The notes: generated by a model not told the origin, from the letters alone. 64,000 bases of DNA from Eledone cirrhosa (GCA_964016885.1 OZ024756.1:32798001-32862000), one strand, 5' to 3'; positions 27,461 through 42,452 are shown, counted from the first letter of the stretch. Program-made: numbers and translations.

Positions 27461-27780
27461 TATATATATGTATATATACATATGTATATATATGTATATA
27501 TATATATATAAATGTATATATATATCAGTATAAATCCCGACTGCTATATATGTGTAAGAGAGACGTTTCTATCACTATTTCAATATGTGTGTATGTTTAA
27601 TCTTATTTATATGTGTGAGCGTGTACGTGTTATGTCTGTGCAGCTGATAGTGTATATCACTGTGTGAAAGTACGTATAGCTGTGAGTCGGTAAGTGCCTG
27701 GGTGCGACAGTGTTGATGAAGCTGAATTGAAGTGATGAATGTCTACGAACGACAAACTGTTAAAAGAGGGATCATTAGCT

Positions 27781-28103
27781 TAACACATTAACTGTTTCTA
27801 CTTTAGGCATAAGGCCAGCAAATACCTAGTGCATTACTGGTACTTTATTTTATCGACCCCGTAAGGATGAAAGGCAAAGTCAACCTCGACGGGATTTGAA
27901 CTCAGATCGTAAAGGGACGTAACTATGCTGGAAAGAATACACATTAATTGTTTCTACTTTTTGGCACAAGGCCAGTAATTATCCAGTGCATTACTGGTCC
28001 TTAATTTATCGACCCCGTAAGGACAAAAGGCAAAGTCAACCTCGGCGTGATTTGAACTCAGATCGTAAAAGGACGTAACTATGGTGGAAAGAATACACAT
28101 TAA
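27781..28103 (-). mobile_element. Tandem pair of SINE family A 3' parts
   Basis: Two adjacent ~157 bp near-identical units. Confidence 0.8.
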
Positions 28104-28451
28104 TAAAATCCTGTTGTTGTTGTTGTTGTTGCTGTTGTTGTTGCCATAGTTCTAGCTGTTGAGATTTTTGTTGTAATTTTGCTAGAGGCATAATGAACAG
28201 ATGTATTACCAGGTGGAGGCATGCATATACAAACAACGAGATTCGTGCGTTTAGGGTTACACTTTCTTAACATTTCTGACAAAACTTCCTTTTCTAAATT
28301 CCGTTGAACGTTTCCTTACATTTCAACGATATTTCAGCACGTCTAAGTAAACGTACAATACATATCACTATGTATACTCATACATATCACTACATCTACA
28401 CATATACACAGTTCCATGTTGCTTCACACATACACACATACCCCCCCCCCC

Positions 28452-28511
<60 letters not shown>

Positions 28512-28516
<5 letters not shown>

Positions 28517-28785
28517 TAAACGGAATAGAAAATGGTGACAAATTGTTCACAGTTGAAAAATGGTTTAATTAGGAATAAAAGAGTATTAGTGATTGTATGG
28601 GTTAGTATTCAGTTGTGGTTTTAAGTTGTGGTTTTAAAACCACAACTGAATACTAACCCATACAATCACTAATACTCTTTTATTCCTAATTAAACCATTT
28701 TTCAACTGTGAACAATTTGTCAGCATTTTCTATTCCGTTTACCAATATATAATAACTTGTGTGTTACACCTCTATTCTTTTAACT
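28512..28785. mobile_element. (TA)n-inserted near-perfect palindromic element
   Basis: ~110 bp arms within 28512-28746 centred on ggttttaaaacc; single arm at 46445-46556. Confidence 0.8.
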
Positions 28786-28854
28786 ATATATATATATATA
28801 TATATATACTTCTGTGTGTGTGCATGTATGTATGTATACACACACACACATGCA

Positions 28855-28909
<55 letters not shown>

Positions 28910-28988
28910 GGTGTCCCCAAAAGTTCTGTTCACACTTCGATTACCTGTACAGGCAATAATTATTAGAATGCTGTTGAAGTGTCTTTAA

Positions 28989-29027
<39 letters not shown>

Positions 29028-29649
29028 GTCACGATTTCGAGGTAGTGGCATGTTGTAACGTCATGGGAATACTTCTCACTAGGATCGACGGAGCTGCGGC
29101 ATATTTCTAAGAACTACGTCCATGTTTGTCACTACTTAGAAACGCGTTGAAACAGATCTAGTGGTTTTGAACTTGCCATGCATGATCAATTTGCACAATA
29201 TCTTCGCAGCTCAACGCTTTCCCTTCTATATTCCTTGGTGTATTTCCAATTTATTCATGCTTCAAGTTATAGTTAATTTATGCTTCAAGGCTGCAGATTT
29301 CTATATTCTCAGCATGTATTTAGAAATCGTTATGCTTTAATGCTTTCGTAGGAATTGCATCCTTCCGTTTGGTAGGAATATTGCCAGACTTCAGCTTTTG
29401 CTGCTGTTCTGGTTGTAAACAGTTTTATAAAAAGGCGCGTGGCAATGTGGAGAAGGTGTTAAACTAAGGATCGTAATGTCGTAAGTTCAAATACCTCATA
29501 TTCTATTCTCTTTATCTTACAAACACCATTATCATTCATGTGAGCTATTGGTTTGGGGTGTGGCAGCAACATTTGAATGCTTCAAACACCAGTTACTATT
29601 GCAATAACTTAAACTTTAACTCTACAGAATACTTCAGCAATGCTGGTAT

Positions 29650-29800
29650 AGTTATCGCCTCCGTCTTTCTCGCTCTCTCCATTTCACACTATTATAAGCA
29701 CAGATGAGTCCACCTCTCGCCTGCCCCGTCGTCCCAGAGGACAAAATAGAGAAGATGATTCTCCGGAGGATAATGGGGTAGGCGCGTTAGAAGAGACATT
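29650..29800 (+). repeat. Old dispersed repeat, related to 58940-59090
   Basis: atcgcctccgtctttctcgctctc...ctattataagca...ccacct...ggacaaaatagagaag aligns by eye to the 58.9 kb copy. Confidence 0.55.
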
Positions 29801-30937
29801 CCAGCTCGTGAGGCTCACACCTGCAAGTAGCTAACTACGTGCTGATGGTGGTGATTGTGCTGAGGGGGGCACCAAGGGCCAACGACACCAGAAGTCTCCA
29901 AACCAGGTAATCTAGGATTAGAGGCTATTTCATTTTGAATAGTACCGATACCTTCTACATATTAATACTTTTTGGCAATGTAGCTTTTGCAGTGTACATT
30001 CCTTGTTGCTATTTAGCAATCAGCGAGCAAGGGCTACTAATACTACTACTATTACTACTACTACTACTACTACTACTACTGAAGCTTTTTGATTTTCTTG
30101 AACTATTATCTGTTTTATTGGAAATATCTGTTTCGTACGTATCGATTTATCTCGGTTTTGTATAATGTGGAATATATTGTGGATGTTCACCAGCGGGTAC
30201 CTGTATTAACTCTGCATCGAAACAATTCGATGCAACTCCCAGACCCTTTCCAATCAGCACAAATATCAACACTGTCACACAGTGTGGCACTGAATCTCCC
30301 TGGGAAATATATTAAGGTTACATATGTCTATGTAAAATACAGTTTCTTTTTTCAGACTGGCTGTTCCGTTGATCAAACAATTGGAACATTCCTCGTCGGA
30401 ACAAACGAAGGTCCAATACACTTTCACAAATCTAAGACACTCGGTAGATTTGGCTGCTTCTAAATTCTAACATTTTTTCTTTATTGGTAGGTTGTATTTT
30501 TTTCCTTTCGAATATTCATTTCACTTCACCGTTTTTTTAACAAATACTCAGTGGAGTGGAGACATAGAAGAACAAAAAAGTTGGTAATGGAATGGTGGTG
30601 ATATATACATATAAAAAAAAAAGAAACACGGCAGCTGACGGTGGAAACGAAAGATTAAAAAAAAACTTTCATTCAAATGTTATGTATATATTCTGGTCAA
30701 TATGGTTGTATGTTATAGTATGTGCAATCTGACAATATGGTGCAGACTCATAAAAGAAACTACGGCAGACTAACGATGAATGCCCGTTCAAGGATATTGT
30801 GCAGTAAAGACGGTAGAACCCGTCAGCCAATTGAATCCGTGCAAAATATAAATATTTAACACATTTAACTTTACTCTGCTATGTATTGAGTATCTTACTT
30901 AGTGTGGCTTACCCCGGTTGAACCCGGGATTAACTTT

Positions 30938-30970
<33 letters not shown>

Positions 30971-30994
30971 ATAAGTGATATTTAATGTGTTGGA

Positions 30995-31290
30995 ATACGT
31001 ATATATATAAATATACTTGTATATATAAATATACGTGTATATATAAATATACCGTCTAAACCATACTAGCGTGGAAAACGGACGTTAAACGAAGATGCTG
31101 ATGATGATACGTATATATATAAATATACGTATATATATAAATATACGTATATATATAAATATACGTATATATATAAATATACGTTTCTGAATTTGTTTAA
31201 GTATAACAATATAAATATACGTTTCTATATAAATATACGTATATATATAAATATACGTATATATATAAATATACGTATATATATAAATAT
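30995..31290. repeat. 18 bp AT-rich minisatellite
   Basis: atatacgtatatatataa repeated. Confidence 0.85.
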
Positions 31291-31659
31291 ATACACATAG
31301 ACACACACACACACACGCACACACACACACACACACTCACGAACACACACACAGACATATATAAAATGAAACGCGCTAATTAGACTCTCAGAAACTGGAA
31401 CTGTTTGGTGAGGAATATAATGATATCGATTTCAACATTCAATCATTATCTCAGTCAAGATTGTTAAAACAATGTCAAACACCAATTATTGACATGTTGA
31501 GTGATGAAGTTAAACAAATTAAATCAGTCAAGTACAGTCACGAAGTGTACGTACATACTGGAGATCATCCGCTTACACACACACACAAACACACGCACAC
31601 ACATAAACACACACACACATACACATACGCACACACACACACGCACACACACACATATA

Positions 31660-31696
<37 letters not shown>

Positions 31697-31715
31697 GTGT
31701 TTGTGTGTGTGTGCG

Positions 31716-31930
31716 TAGGCGTGTGGCTGAGTGGTTAGAGGACTGGATTCGCAATCGTAAGGTTCTGAGTTCGATTCCTGGCCTAGACGATGTGTTATGT
31801 CCTTGAGCAAGACACTTTATTTCACGTTGCTCCTTCTAGCTAGGTTGGGACCGATAGATAGTATTAGCAATTGGAAAGAACAACGGAAACATTGTTTCCT
31901 CGGTCCGATTTGACGAAAGTTGATCGTTCC
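31716..31930 (+). mobile_element. tRNA-derived SINE, family B
   Basis: A box tggctgagtgg, B box gagttcgattcc, then gtgttatgtccttgagcaagacactttatttcac. Confidence 0.8.
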
Positions 31931-32217
31931 TTTTTAAATATATATATATATATATATATGCATATATTCACCCAAACATACCTTTTCTTAAACGAACTCA
32001 TACATTCACGCAAACAAACAAACAAACCGAGCATTATAATAAATGTTCGGTAAACCGATACGTGCATATATAGATATATATGTGTGCATGTATGTATATA
32101 TATATACATACAACAGTACGTCTGTATACATATATATATGTACGTATACATGCATACTTACATTTAAGTAACTGCCGTACGAAGAGTGAGAAATGAAATT
32201 TCGTTTCATTCTATTCC

Positions 32218-32281
<64 letters not shown>

Positions 32282-32615
32282 TTATACACACAAAGTGCTT
32301 TGGTTTTCAACTTAACACCCATTTGTTGAGAAGAAAACTTGTATGCTTGATAACACCATTGATAAGTACTAGATTGAATATGTCTGGAAGGCGAAGATAA
32401 ATATTTTGACTCGAAATATTCCAAATCATTGATACCATTATTAAAGTAATCAAGATAATATATATAGCCTAAATAATTAGTCTGCAAACTAGGAAGGACA
32501 TAATATAAGGACCGCAGACCTGTCAAGCATTGAGATTTTTACAGATCCAGACCTCACTGTCCAACGAATAATATATATATATATATAATGGATATATATA
32601 TATATATATATATAT

Positions 32616-32782
32616 AGTAATAATAATAAAATTGAAGACTAAAATCCAAAGAGGGCTCGATAAGGAAAATATATATCAAATATATAAGAACCGTAGAGCA
32701 AATATTTATTAAAATAACAGATTAAAGTTTAAGCAAAGAATCGCTGCTTTCACCCTTAATGGGATCTTCTGAAACTAACAAT
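32616..32782 (-). mobile_element. (TA)n-inserted element, family H3
   Basis: Relatives at 12016-12100, 34075-34235, 35283-35403 and 42976-43077. Confidence 0.75.
32726..32776 (-). ncRNA. Type I hammerhead motif with CAGAAGA (U4A) core (H3)
   Basis: Minus: agttt-CAGAAGA-t ccc attaa ggg t-GAAA-gca gcgattctt tgc-TT-aaact. Confidence 0.6.
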
Positions 32783-32812
32783 ATATATATATATGTGTGT
32801 GTGTGTAAATAT

Positions 32813-32890
<78 letters not shown>

Positions 32891-32919
32891 AAATATTATA
32901 TATATATATATAATAACAA

Positions 32920-33100
32920 GAAATTGATTAACATATATATAAACATGAATAATCACAGGAGATAATGTTTACAAGTGTGTAACCATACATAGCTAGGTAG
33001 GTTACAAAATAAAGTTGACTAGAACTTCAAAAATAGATACCTTATATCCTTTGATTATTCATGTTTATATATATGTTAATCAATTCCTAGTTATTATAAA
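32920..33100. repeat. Fold-back inverted repeat in (TA)n
   Basis: aattgattaacatatatataaacatgaataatca / tgattattcatgtttatatatatgttaatcaatt. Confidence 0.7.
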
Positions 33101-33268
33101 ATGCTCGGACCTGCTTGTTTAAATCTTAGAGCTTATTTTCTGGGTGATATGGCGCATGTATTTCTGGCATGACACCCATAATTTTGATTTAGATTAAATT
33201 CATTTAATTTATCTTAATTTTGTATATATATATATATATATTTTTTTTTATTTTTATTTTATAGAAGG

Positions 33269-33319
33269 AGCTTCTACAGGACTAGTACTGTTTCATTCAG
33301 ATGAAATCTTCAGGAAGCT
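33269..33319 (-). ncRNA. Type I hammerhead ribozyme motif (H4, inverted arm)
   Basis: Reverse complement of 33340-33390. Confidence 0.85.
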
Positions 33320-33339
33320 CTCAGATGAAATCTTCAGGA

Positions 33340-33390
33340 AGCTTCCTGAAGATTTCATCTGAATGAAACAGTACTAGTCCTGTAGAAGCT
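33340..33390 (+). ncRNA. Type I hammerhead ribozyme motif (H4)
   Basis: agcttc-CTGAAGA-t ttca tc tgaa t-GAAA-cagtactagtcctg-TA-gaagct. Confidence 0.85.
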
Positions 33391-33476
33391 CCTTCTATAA
33401 AATAAAAAAATTTTACTCTGCCATGTATTGAGTACCTTACTTACTGTGGTTATCCCCGACTCAACCTGGGACCTAC

Positions 33477-33558
<82 letters not shown>

Positions 33559-33955
33559 AGGGAGTATAACGCGGAGTTACTGTAGGATCACCTGGGTGAG
33601 CACTCGATGTTTAGTTTCGCGTCGGTATCGGGGTGTAGAGCTAGACGAGTGTAATACAATAATACAAGGACAAATAGTTACTCCTTCATTACGTTTATCG
33701 TTTGGTGTTGGGCGGTTCGCAACCGATCAGCTGGATTTTCGATCTGTATCGATCTTGCTCGACTCTGGAATCAAATCATTACTACTACAGAGGTCTTTCC
33801 GTTTCATATGAAAATTGACATTTGTTAAACATATTAACGAATAATAGTAATTATTCCAGATTGTGCCAAAAGCATGGCTAGAACTTTGACTCTGTTATAG
33901 GATTAATGTTAGATATGAAAAGAAAAAAATGTATACATATATATATATAAAAGTT

Positions 33956-34078
<123 letters not shown>

Positions 34079-34149
34079 CTCGATAAGGATAAATATATAT
34101 CAAATATATAAGAACCGTAGAGCAAATATTTATTAAAATAACAGATTAA

Positions 34150-34200
34150 AGTTTAAGTAAAGAATCGCTGCTTTCACCCTTAACGGGATCTTCTGAAACT
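34150..34200 (-). ncRNA. Type I hammerhead motif with CAGAAGA core (H3)
   Basis: Second copy of 32726-32776 with the same U4A core. Confidence 0.55.
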
Positions 34201-34434
34201 AACAAAGTCAATCTGTAAACGCAGAAGTGGATATTTCAAAAAACGTATATATCTATATATATATACGTATATATATATATGTATATGCTTATATATATAT
34301 ATACGTATATATATACGTATATATATACGTATATATATACGTATATATATACGTATATATACGTATATATATACGTATATATATATACGTATATATATAC
34401 GTATATATATGTGTATATGCGTGTATGTGTATAC

Positions 34435-34492
<58 letters not shown>

Positions 34493-34506
34493 CTGTATGT
34501 GTATAC

Positions 34507-34564
<58 letters not shown>

Positions 34565-35145
34565 TATATATATACGTGTATGTGTAAACATGTATATATA
34601 TATAATTATATACATATATATATGCGTGTATGTGTAAACATATATATGTGAGTGTGTTTCTGTCTATGTGCGTTTGTTATGTATGCGCGTGTGCCTGAGT
34701 GCCACTAAGTTTCGAATGAGCTAAAAGAAAAAAGAAAAAATATTATGTATAAAATAGTCGTACAAAATTACAAAGACCAGATGGAAAAGGAACATTAACA
34801 TGAAAATAACGATAGCTCCTCAAATTAATAATGGCGTCCATAAATAACTAGCAATGTTTGCTGAGTTTTTGTTAATATTTTTTTTCTATATTATAGGTAC
34901 GCCATTCATAATTTTTAATTATTCTTCAAGTGCTTTTGAATTTGATATTACAAGTAAACGCTCCGGTGACAATTGAAAATAATATAGTTGTTACTTGTAA
35001 AGCGCCAGTTCTTGCAGATTTATCCTCTGTGTTGGCAAATTCATCTGCTAATTGTTTCATGCATGCAGAAAATTACATATTCACTCCACTTCTCTCTTTA
35101 CCTCTATTTCTCCCACACGTACATACCCGCACCCACACACGCATA

Positions 35146-35228
<83 letters not shown>

Positions 35229-35251
35229 ATAAGTACTGTTTAGTTTACTAC

Positions 35252-35289
<38 letters not shown>

Positions 35290-35398
35290 TAAAGTAACAG
35301 ACTTAAGTTTAAGTTTTAATAAATATTTGCTCTACGGTTCTTATATATTTGATATATATTTATCCTTATGGATTTTAGTGTTCAAATTTATTATTATT

Positions 35399-35488
<90 letters not shown>

Positions 35489-35619
35489 AGGAGTTTTCCT
35501 GTTGTATTTACAACTTGAAACATTTAGAACTCACTCAGGATATTTGTGGCGCTATTAAATGAAATTGAATTTGTCTAAAACCCCTTGCATCAATATATAC
35601 CCTCACAAGATCTTGTGAG

Positions 35620-35669
<50 letters not shown>

Positions 35670-35919
35670 GTTTATCCCGGGTTCAATCGGAGGGTCAATT
35701 CATAGCAGTGTATAAATATTTAATATCGAAATGGTTTGTACAGGACTAGAACTGTTTCAATCGGGAGAACTCATGAGGGAGTCGACTGTCCTAGCAATAT
35801 GGTGATATTTATACCTTTTGTGGTGGTAGAAGAGGGTGGTGATTGGGATGGGTGGATGTCATTGGTTGGTGGATTTACAGAAAAGGGAATTCTTTAAAAA
35901 TTATATTTAGTGTAACAAA

Positions 35920-35970
35920 GGCTTCCTGATGATTTCTCTCGAATGAAACAGTTCTAGTCCTGTAGAAGCC
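35920..35970 (+). ncRNA. Type I hammerhead ribozyme motif (H4 relative)
   Basis: ggcttc-CTGATGA-t ttc tctc gaa t-GAAA-cagttctagtcctg-TA-gaagcc; decayed inverted partner at 35733-35783. Confidence 0.85.
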
Positions 35971-35994
35971 ATTTCTCTATAATATATATATATA

Positions 35995-36133
<139 letters not shown>

Positions 36134-36647
36134 CCCGCTATACTCATTGGGAGAGCATACTGCAATAGTAATTTTATTGCATCTACGTTTTCAAGATCAT
36201 GAGAAGTGTAGGATTGTTTTCCCATTCGTGCAGTCTCTATCCCTTTTCAGTTGAAATCCCTCCGAAGTTAACTTTGCCTTTTCGTATTTGTAAATCAATG
36301 AAATAATGAACAGTCCACTCTATCATACTAGCTCTCCTTTGCAACAAATTAGCTGAAGAGCGTATGGCCTCTGACAGGTGTAACGTATCCAAGACCTACC
36401 AGAGAGTGATGACAAATACGGTGATGTATGCTTCAAGCAGAAATTACACCAGCGAATGGGGTTTATATCTAGTAAATGAAAAGCGATTATAACAAAGAGA
36501 AAACAGTAGATATAACAAGAGCAATGGTTTAAAGAAATATCCATGTTAACAATAACCTGTAAAAATAAATATCAACTATGAACAGTTCCACAACTTAAGG
36601 GGACAGTGCTTACAGTTAATTCCAAAACAAACCTACAGAAAACTACA

Positions 36648-36677
<30 letters not shown>

Positions 36678-36678
<1 letters not shown>

Positions 36679-36900
36679 ATGGTTTCTCATTTAGACACAA
36701 GCCCAGCAATTTTGGGGCAAGGGAAATTCGATTAAATCGATCCCAGTGCCGAACTGGTTCTTTATTTTATCGACCCCGTAATGATGAAATGCAAAGCTAA
36801 CCTCGCTGGGATTTGAACTCATAATGTAAAGGGCCATATCTCATTGCCACGAATCATGGTGTCTGATGCTCTACCAATACTGTCAATACTCCCCCCTCAG
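36678..36900 (-). mobile_element. SINE family A
   Basis: ctttattttatcgaccccgtaatgatgaaatgcaaagctaacctcgctgggatttgaactc...gctctaccaatactgtcaa. Confidence 0.75.
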
Positions 36901-36943
36901 TAATGTTAATAATAATAATTGTAGTAGTAGTAGTAGTAGTAGC

Positions 36944-37010
<67 letters not shown>

Positions 37011-39124
37011 CTGTGTTCCTAACTAATTTATTCGCCTGATTCGTTATTGCATTGCAATTACATATTATTTTATTTCTAACTTTAATTGCTCATTTTATAA
37101 ATTATATTCGATTAACTCTTATCTCACATGTAAATCACATTAAAATTCGATCATATATTATTGTGCTTGCTACGCGAAATAATGAAGTTTTTTTGTTTAT
37201 TTTTTTATGTATATATATGTATAATATATGTAAATTATAACTTTGTAAACAGTTTCGAATTTTATTTTTTAAATAATGATATTTGTTGATTTGAAAAGAG
37301 ATAAAATTGTGGTTAAATTGTGTTTTAATTAACTTCACATTTTTTTGTTAATATATTTAATCGTTATTCCCACACACGTCCACTTTCAATAGAGTAAGAA
37401 GCGTCATATTTCCACAATTTGAGTGTTTGATGTAGTCAAACAGTTTGAAGGCTGCGTTTAATTATCTTATAACTTAAAGAATGCATAAATGAAATAGCGC
37501 AATATATTTAACTCTGTGTGATGGCTGGAAGATTGCATAAATATGATTACCAAGATGATTAAAAAATAATGTAATTGTTGATAACGATTATGATGCAGAT
37601 AATGATAGCGAGTTCAGTTACAAAGCCATGGATTTTGTGTTGTGGAAACGTCGATCAAGTCCAATCTATTTCCTGACTGCTTTTTAAACTTACGGTTTTC
37701 ACTGAAATAAAGTAAAAAGTTGACCTGGGCAGGATTTGAACAAAGAATGAAAAGATGATGTATAAACACTTCAGATCCTTTTGCCCTATAATTTAAATTA
37801 TCACCCAATCCAACGCCCTTAATATAATGTTAAGGATAATAGTAATGATGGTATATTTGTTTACTCCTTTGTCGGGTCTGATTGCAGGCACCTATGAAAC
37901 CCTGTCTTTGCAATTACGATTAACGCCAAGATGTGTGCTTCTTATTGGTGATTAAACACACAAAGTAATGTGTATATCGTTAATTAAGATTGATCTGTGC
38001 AACTAGAGGAGGATGTGGCTGCAGCCGTTAGATTTTATATTATGATATCAGCCATAAACAGACTCCAGACTATGGCTGGTTAAATGAGTGAAAACCCCAT
38101 CCTGTACATAAATGTTTTCTGCCCTTGAAGCCTCTCTGGTTCCAAATCACACCCATTCAGGAATTCATGACTGTCTATTCGTCTCGCATCATTTATTCTG
38201 TATCTATCTTCACAACGGCTCACACTGACAATTAATTCTGTCCTTTCTGATTATAACGCCCCTGCCCTTGAACTCCATCTCGCCACTCTCCATTTCAAAA
38301 CGGATCAACGTACATCATTTTAAACTAAATCAACGGCGTCAACGTCTAACGTTTCAGGGTAGCATGTAGAAGCCATAGAAAGTGACACACACACACACGG
38401 CTGACTTACCAAAAAATCAAACTGCTGATTTACCAACACATCATAACGTCCAGCAATCGTAGAGCATCGATAATTCTGGACCTGGAGTGTCTTTGGTGGC
38501 CATGGACCTTGCCACTACATCCAGACTCAATATTTGAAGCAAAACGACTAGGAATGACTTAGAACAGTAGGTCGTCCCATTTTCAGCACCATATGCCATC
38601 ATGACACCTAAAAAAATGTAATGCTTTTCCTCGCTATCAAAACATGTTAGGCGTAGATGCTTCTTGGCTCGTGCTGCTGATGACAATTGCTAAAAACAAT
38701 ATTATTAATATACTTTACAAGTAGGTCATCCTTAACAAATTATCATGACCCCGTTCTATATATTTAATAAAGAAAACAAATATAGAACCTCTGACGTTGC
38801 CTAGTTTATGAAATATGTCATCTTCAACTAATAATAACCGTTATCTATAAAAAGACCAGAAACCACATGATCGAGGCTTATTTCTTCTAATTTTATCAGT
38901 ATTATTATTACTATTTTATCTTAAATAAATGTTTTTGAAATGCACTCACACTGAATGAATGGTGGTAAGTGTTTACATTTATCTATCTTTTAAAATAAGT
39001 GTCTTTTTGAAGGTAGAGTGTATATTTGACCACACATACATACACATCTATCTATATATATACAAGTATATATATATATATATATATACATACATACATA
39101 CAAGATTATATATATATATATGAT

Positions 39125-39177
<53 letters not shown>

Positions 39178-39344
39178 TGTGTCTATGTGTGTGTGTGTGA
39201 AAATGTAAATATATATCAGGGTTTATGAATGATAATCATTTATTCATATAGGTTAAGATAATAATAATTAGTCATTGGATCTAGATAATATTATTATAAC
39301 GACAATGTTTATACAGAATGCTGATTATTATTAGTTCGTGATAG

Positions 39345-39760
39345 GGCGTTGCATTGGCAGTATCGGTAGAGCGTCGGACGCCATGCTTTGACGCATAGAG
39401 TTACGGCCCTTGCCATTCTGAGTTCAAATCCCGCCGAGGTTAACTCTGCCGTTCATCCTTACGGGGTCGATAAAATAAAGTACCAGTAATACACTGGGTA
39501 ATTGCTGGCCTTGTGCCTAAAGTAGAAACAATTATTAGTTCGTGATAGGGCGTTGCATTGGCAGTATCGATAGAGCGTCGGGCAACATGCTTTGGGACAT
39601 AATTACGACCCGATACATTCCGAGTTCATATCTCGCCCAGGTTAGATTTGCTTTTCATCTTTACCGGGCTGATAAGATAAAGGACCAGTAATGCATTGCG
39701 GGTCGATTTAATCGACTACATCCAAAAAATGTTGGCCTTCTGTTTAAACCAGACACCATT
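39345..39760 (+). mobile_element. Tandem pair of SINE family A
   Basis: Two heads gggcgttgcattggcagtatcg at ~39343 and ~39548, each followed by B box and core. Confidence 0.8.
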
Positions 39761-40104
39761 ATTAGTTAATGATGGTCTATTTCCTACACTAGGTAACATT
39801 GTACACTGGTAATTATTTATTTACTTTTTGTATAGTCTGTATTTGAAAGGGAGATGATAAATTGATCAGGATGACATTTCAGAAAGCTATGGAAGACAAT
39901 TTGAATTATCTCCCCTCCCTTAACTTATTAATTATGAAATAGATATGTTGAATCTGGACGTACTGTCAAATGAATTGTTAATGTTTCGTTGACAGACACG
40001 TAGGACTGTTTCCTACGAAACAAATACATCCTTGTAGGGACAGTGAATTTGAATATTATATATTTATATATCAAACACACCCACGTACATATATATACCC
40101 ACAC

Positions 40105-40159
<55 letters not shown>

Positions 40160-40356
40160 AGCACATACTGTGAAGATTAACAGTGGATCCTTCGGATATG
40201 GCACGAACGATTAGAATAGCCTGAAAATAATTTAGAAAAGTACTTTGAGATTTCTATTGTTAAGAAAAATTAAGCAGGGAACTAAGCATCTTACCATTCC
40301 TAAAATGTAAAAATATGTAATTCCTTCTGCGGATATATATATATATATATATATAT

Positions 40357-40512
40357 AATTTTAAACCCAAACAATGCATTAGAAAGAAAATTAAATCGCT
40401 AAGATAACAAAAAATTCTAAACCTTACGAAATTTAATTTGCTACGGTAAGATTTTTTGTTAACCTGGCGATTTAATTTTCGATCTAATGCATTGTTTGGT
40501 TTTCATAATTAT
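40357..40512. repeat. Fold-back inverted repeat adjacent to (TA)n
   Basis: ccaaacaatgcattaga..aaaattaaatcgc / gcgatttaatttt..tctaatgcattgtttgg. Confidence 0.7.
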
Positions 40513-40659
40513 TTAAATTGTGTTTCATATTCAACAATCCTTCAAGAAAGCTACAAAACTCTGTCATATATATATTTGATATTATCATTCTTAGACAATT
40601 CCTTAATTATGACGTGAGTCTTCGAACGTGGCGTTAGTATTCTATGCAAAACAAAATAA

Positions 40660-40775
40660 TTGTTTCTACTTTTGCCACAAGGCCAGCAATTACCCAATGC
40701 ATTACTGGTACTTTATTCTATCGACCCCGGAGGATGAAAGGCAAAGTTAACCTCGGCGGGATTTGAACTCAGATC
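40660..40775 (-). mobile_element. SINE family A, partial
   Basis: Core reverse complement present. Confidence 0.75.
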
Positions 40776-40888
40776 AAAACAAAATAATAAGCAAACGCAG
40801 GGAAACAGTTCTATCGAATATGCCAGTACATGGTACTTTCATATAGATGGGTACGCGCGCAAACATAAATGCACAAAAACAATGGTCT

Positions 40889-40947
<59 letters not shown>

Positions 40948-42395
40948 TTCTCTCTCTCTATATATATATATATGTATGTATATATATATGCGTACATAAG
41001 CTGCCCCCTCAAACGTATTGACGAGGGCCTACAGGCAATCCATAATACTGCAAATGACGCCTCAGTCTGGCTCACCAATCTCGATTTGTCTCTCTAACCA
41101 TTTTCCATTTCATACGACAAGGAAAAAAAGAAGACTGCTAGAACATGTGTCTTCTCTTCGGAGATAGACACAGATATATACTGTTAGAATCTTGCACATT
41201 TTAAACTAATAACTACAACATAGCCATAGAGTGAAATGGGAAATGGTTAAATCCCAAGCATTGATATGGCATGCGCAATTAAGGATTGCTTTTAAAAGAT
41301 GGGCCATTAAGAAGGGAGAATTAGGGCTTTGAAATCAATTTAGTACAATTAATAACATGCAATTATGAGTGACAAGACGATAAGGCTGGACGAAGACGGA
41401 AACGTAAGAATAAAGAATTAAGGATAGTCAAATTTGTATAGTTACTTAAGAGGAAATAATTAAGTCAGGATAATACACTCGGGATGATAGTAATCAGATG
41501 ATGAATTGAAATCGTGACTCGTTAAAGATGTGCGACTGTAGGGACATACACACACATTCACATACACATGTGTATGCCTGTACACGTTTACTGTATATTC
41601 ATGTTTCGTAAATTAGCCGTTCGACACAATGAGGATCAATCAATTTAGAAGTTAAAAGTTGTATTGTCAATATGAACGCCTACATCGTAAAGGCGATGCT
41701 GTAGCATGGCCGAAGTCTAAAGATGGAAACCATTAAAAGACTAATGGATTACATGCACTCATTCACACACACACAAGCACACACACATATAAAGACACAC
41801 ACATATCTATCTATCTATCTATCTATATAAAGAAATCTATCTATATATACATATATATATATACATATATATATAGAGAGAGGCAGCAGAGTCTAAGGAA
41901 TATATATATATATATACATACACTATGGAGACAGCAAAGACTAAAGAAAATTCAATATATTTTTGGAAGTCAAGTGGAAGTGTTTTTGGTGCAAATCTTT
42001 TTAATTTCGCCTCGATAAACATTTGTTTCCTTATTCGTACATGGCTGTTACACTTATTTAGTTCCAAATTACATGGGAACATGATTTCAGGATAGGCACC
42101 GGGGTTGACTAGTACAGACTCATCTAGGGGCCATAAGGGTTGGGTGAAGTTGTGGTTGCTGATATATAAGAAATACAAGTTTAACTACATTTCACTTCAC
42201 TAACTGGGATGAACAAACATCCTCATCTGAGCACTTAAACTCCTATATAGGTATAAATATGTGAGTGTGTGGGTGCATGTGGTGAAGGGTACACACCCCG
42301 ATGCAAACACATACACAGATATATATATATATACATAGTGTGCATATAATATATATAAAGAGTATAGTATGTATATATATACATACTATACTCTT

Positions 42396-42439
<44 letters not shown>

Positions 42440-42452
42440 TATACTTACTGCA

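Larger units (their letters stand above)
33252..33478 (+). mobile_element. (TA)n-inserted fold-back element, family H4
   Basis: Perfect inverted arms meeting at the ribozyme 5' end; tail shared with 17520-17610, 30840-30936 and 35668-35730. Confidence 0.8.

Noticed and set aside
30356-30463. Possible plus-strand exon after tttttttcag
   Set aside because: No strong donor, no recognisable peptide and no partner exons
31716-31795. tRNA gene
   Set aside because: A and B boxes continue into a multi-copy SINE body; no complete cloverleaf or terminator
33590-33655. cactcg/cgagtg-closed structure with GAAAC on minus
   Set aside because: No CUGANGA-like core
41837-42178. 113 aa minus-strand ORF
   Set aside because: No convincing motif; ends in microsatellite
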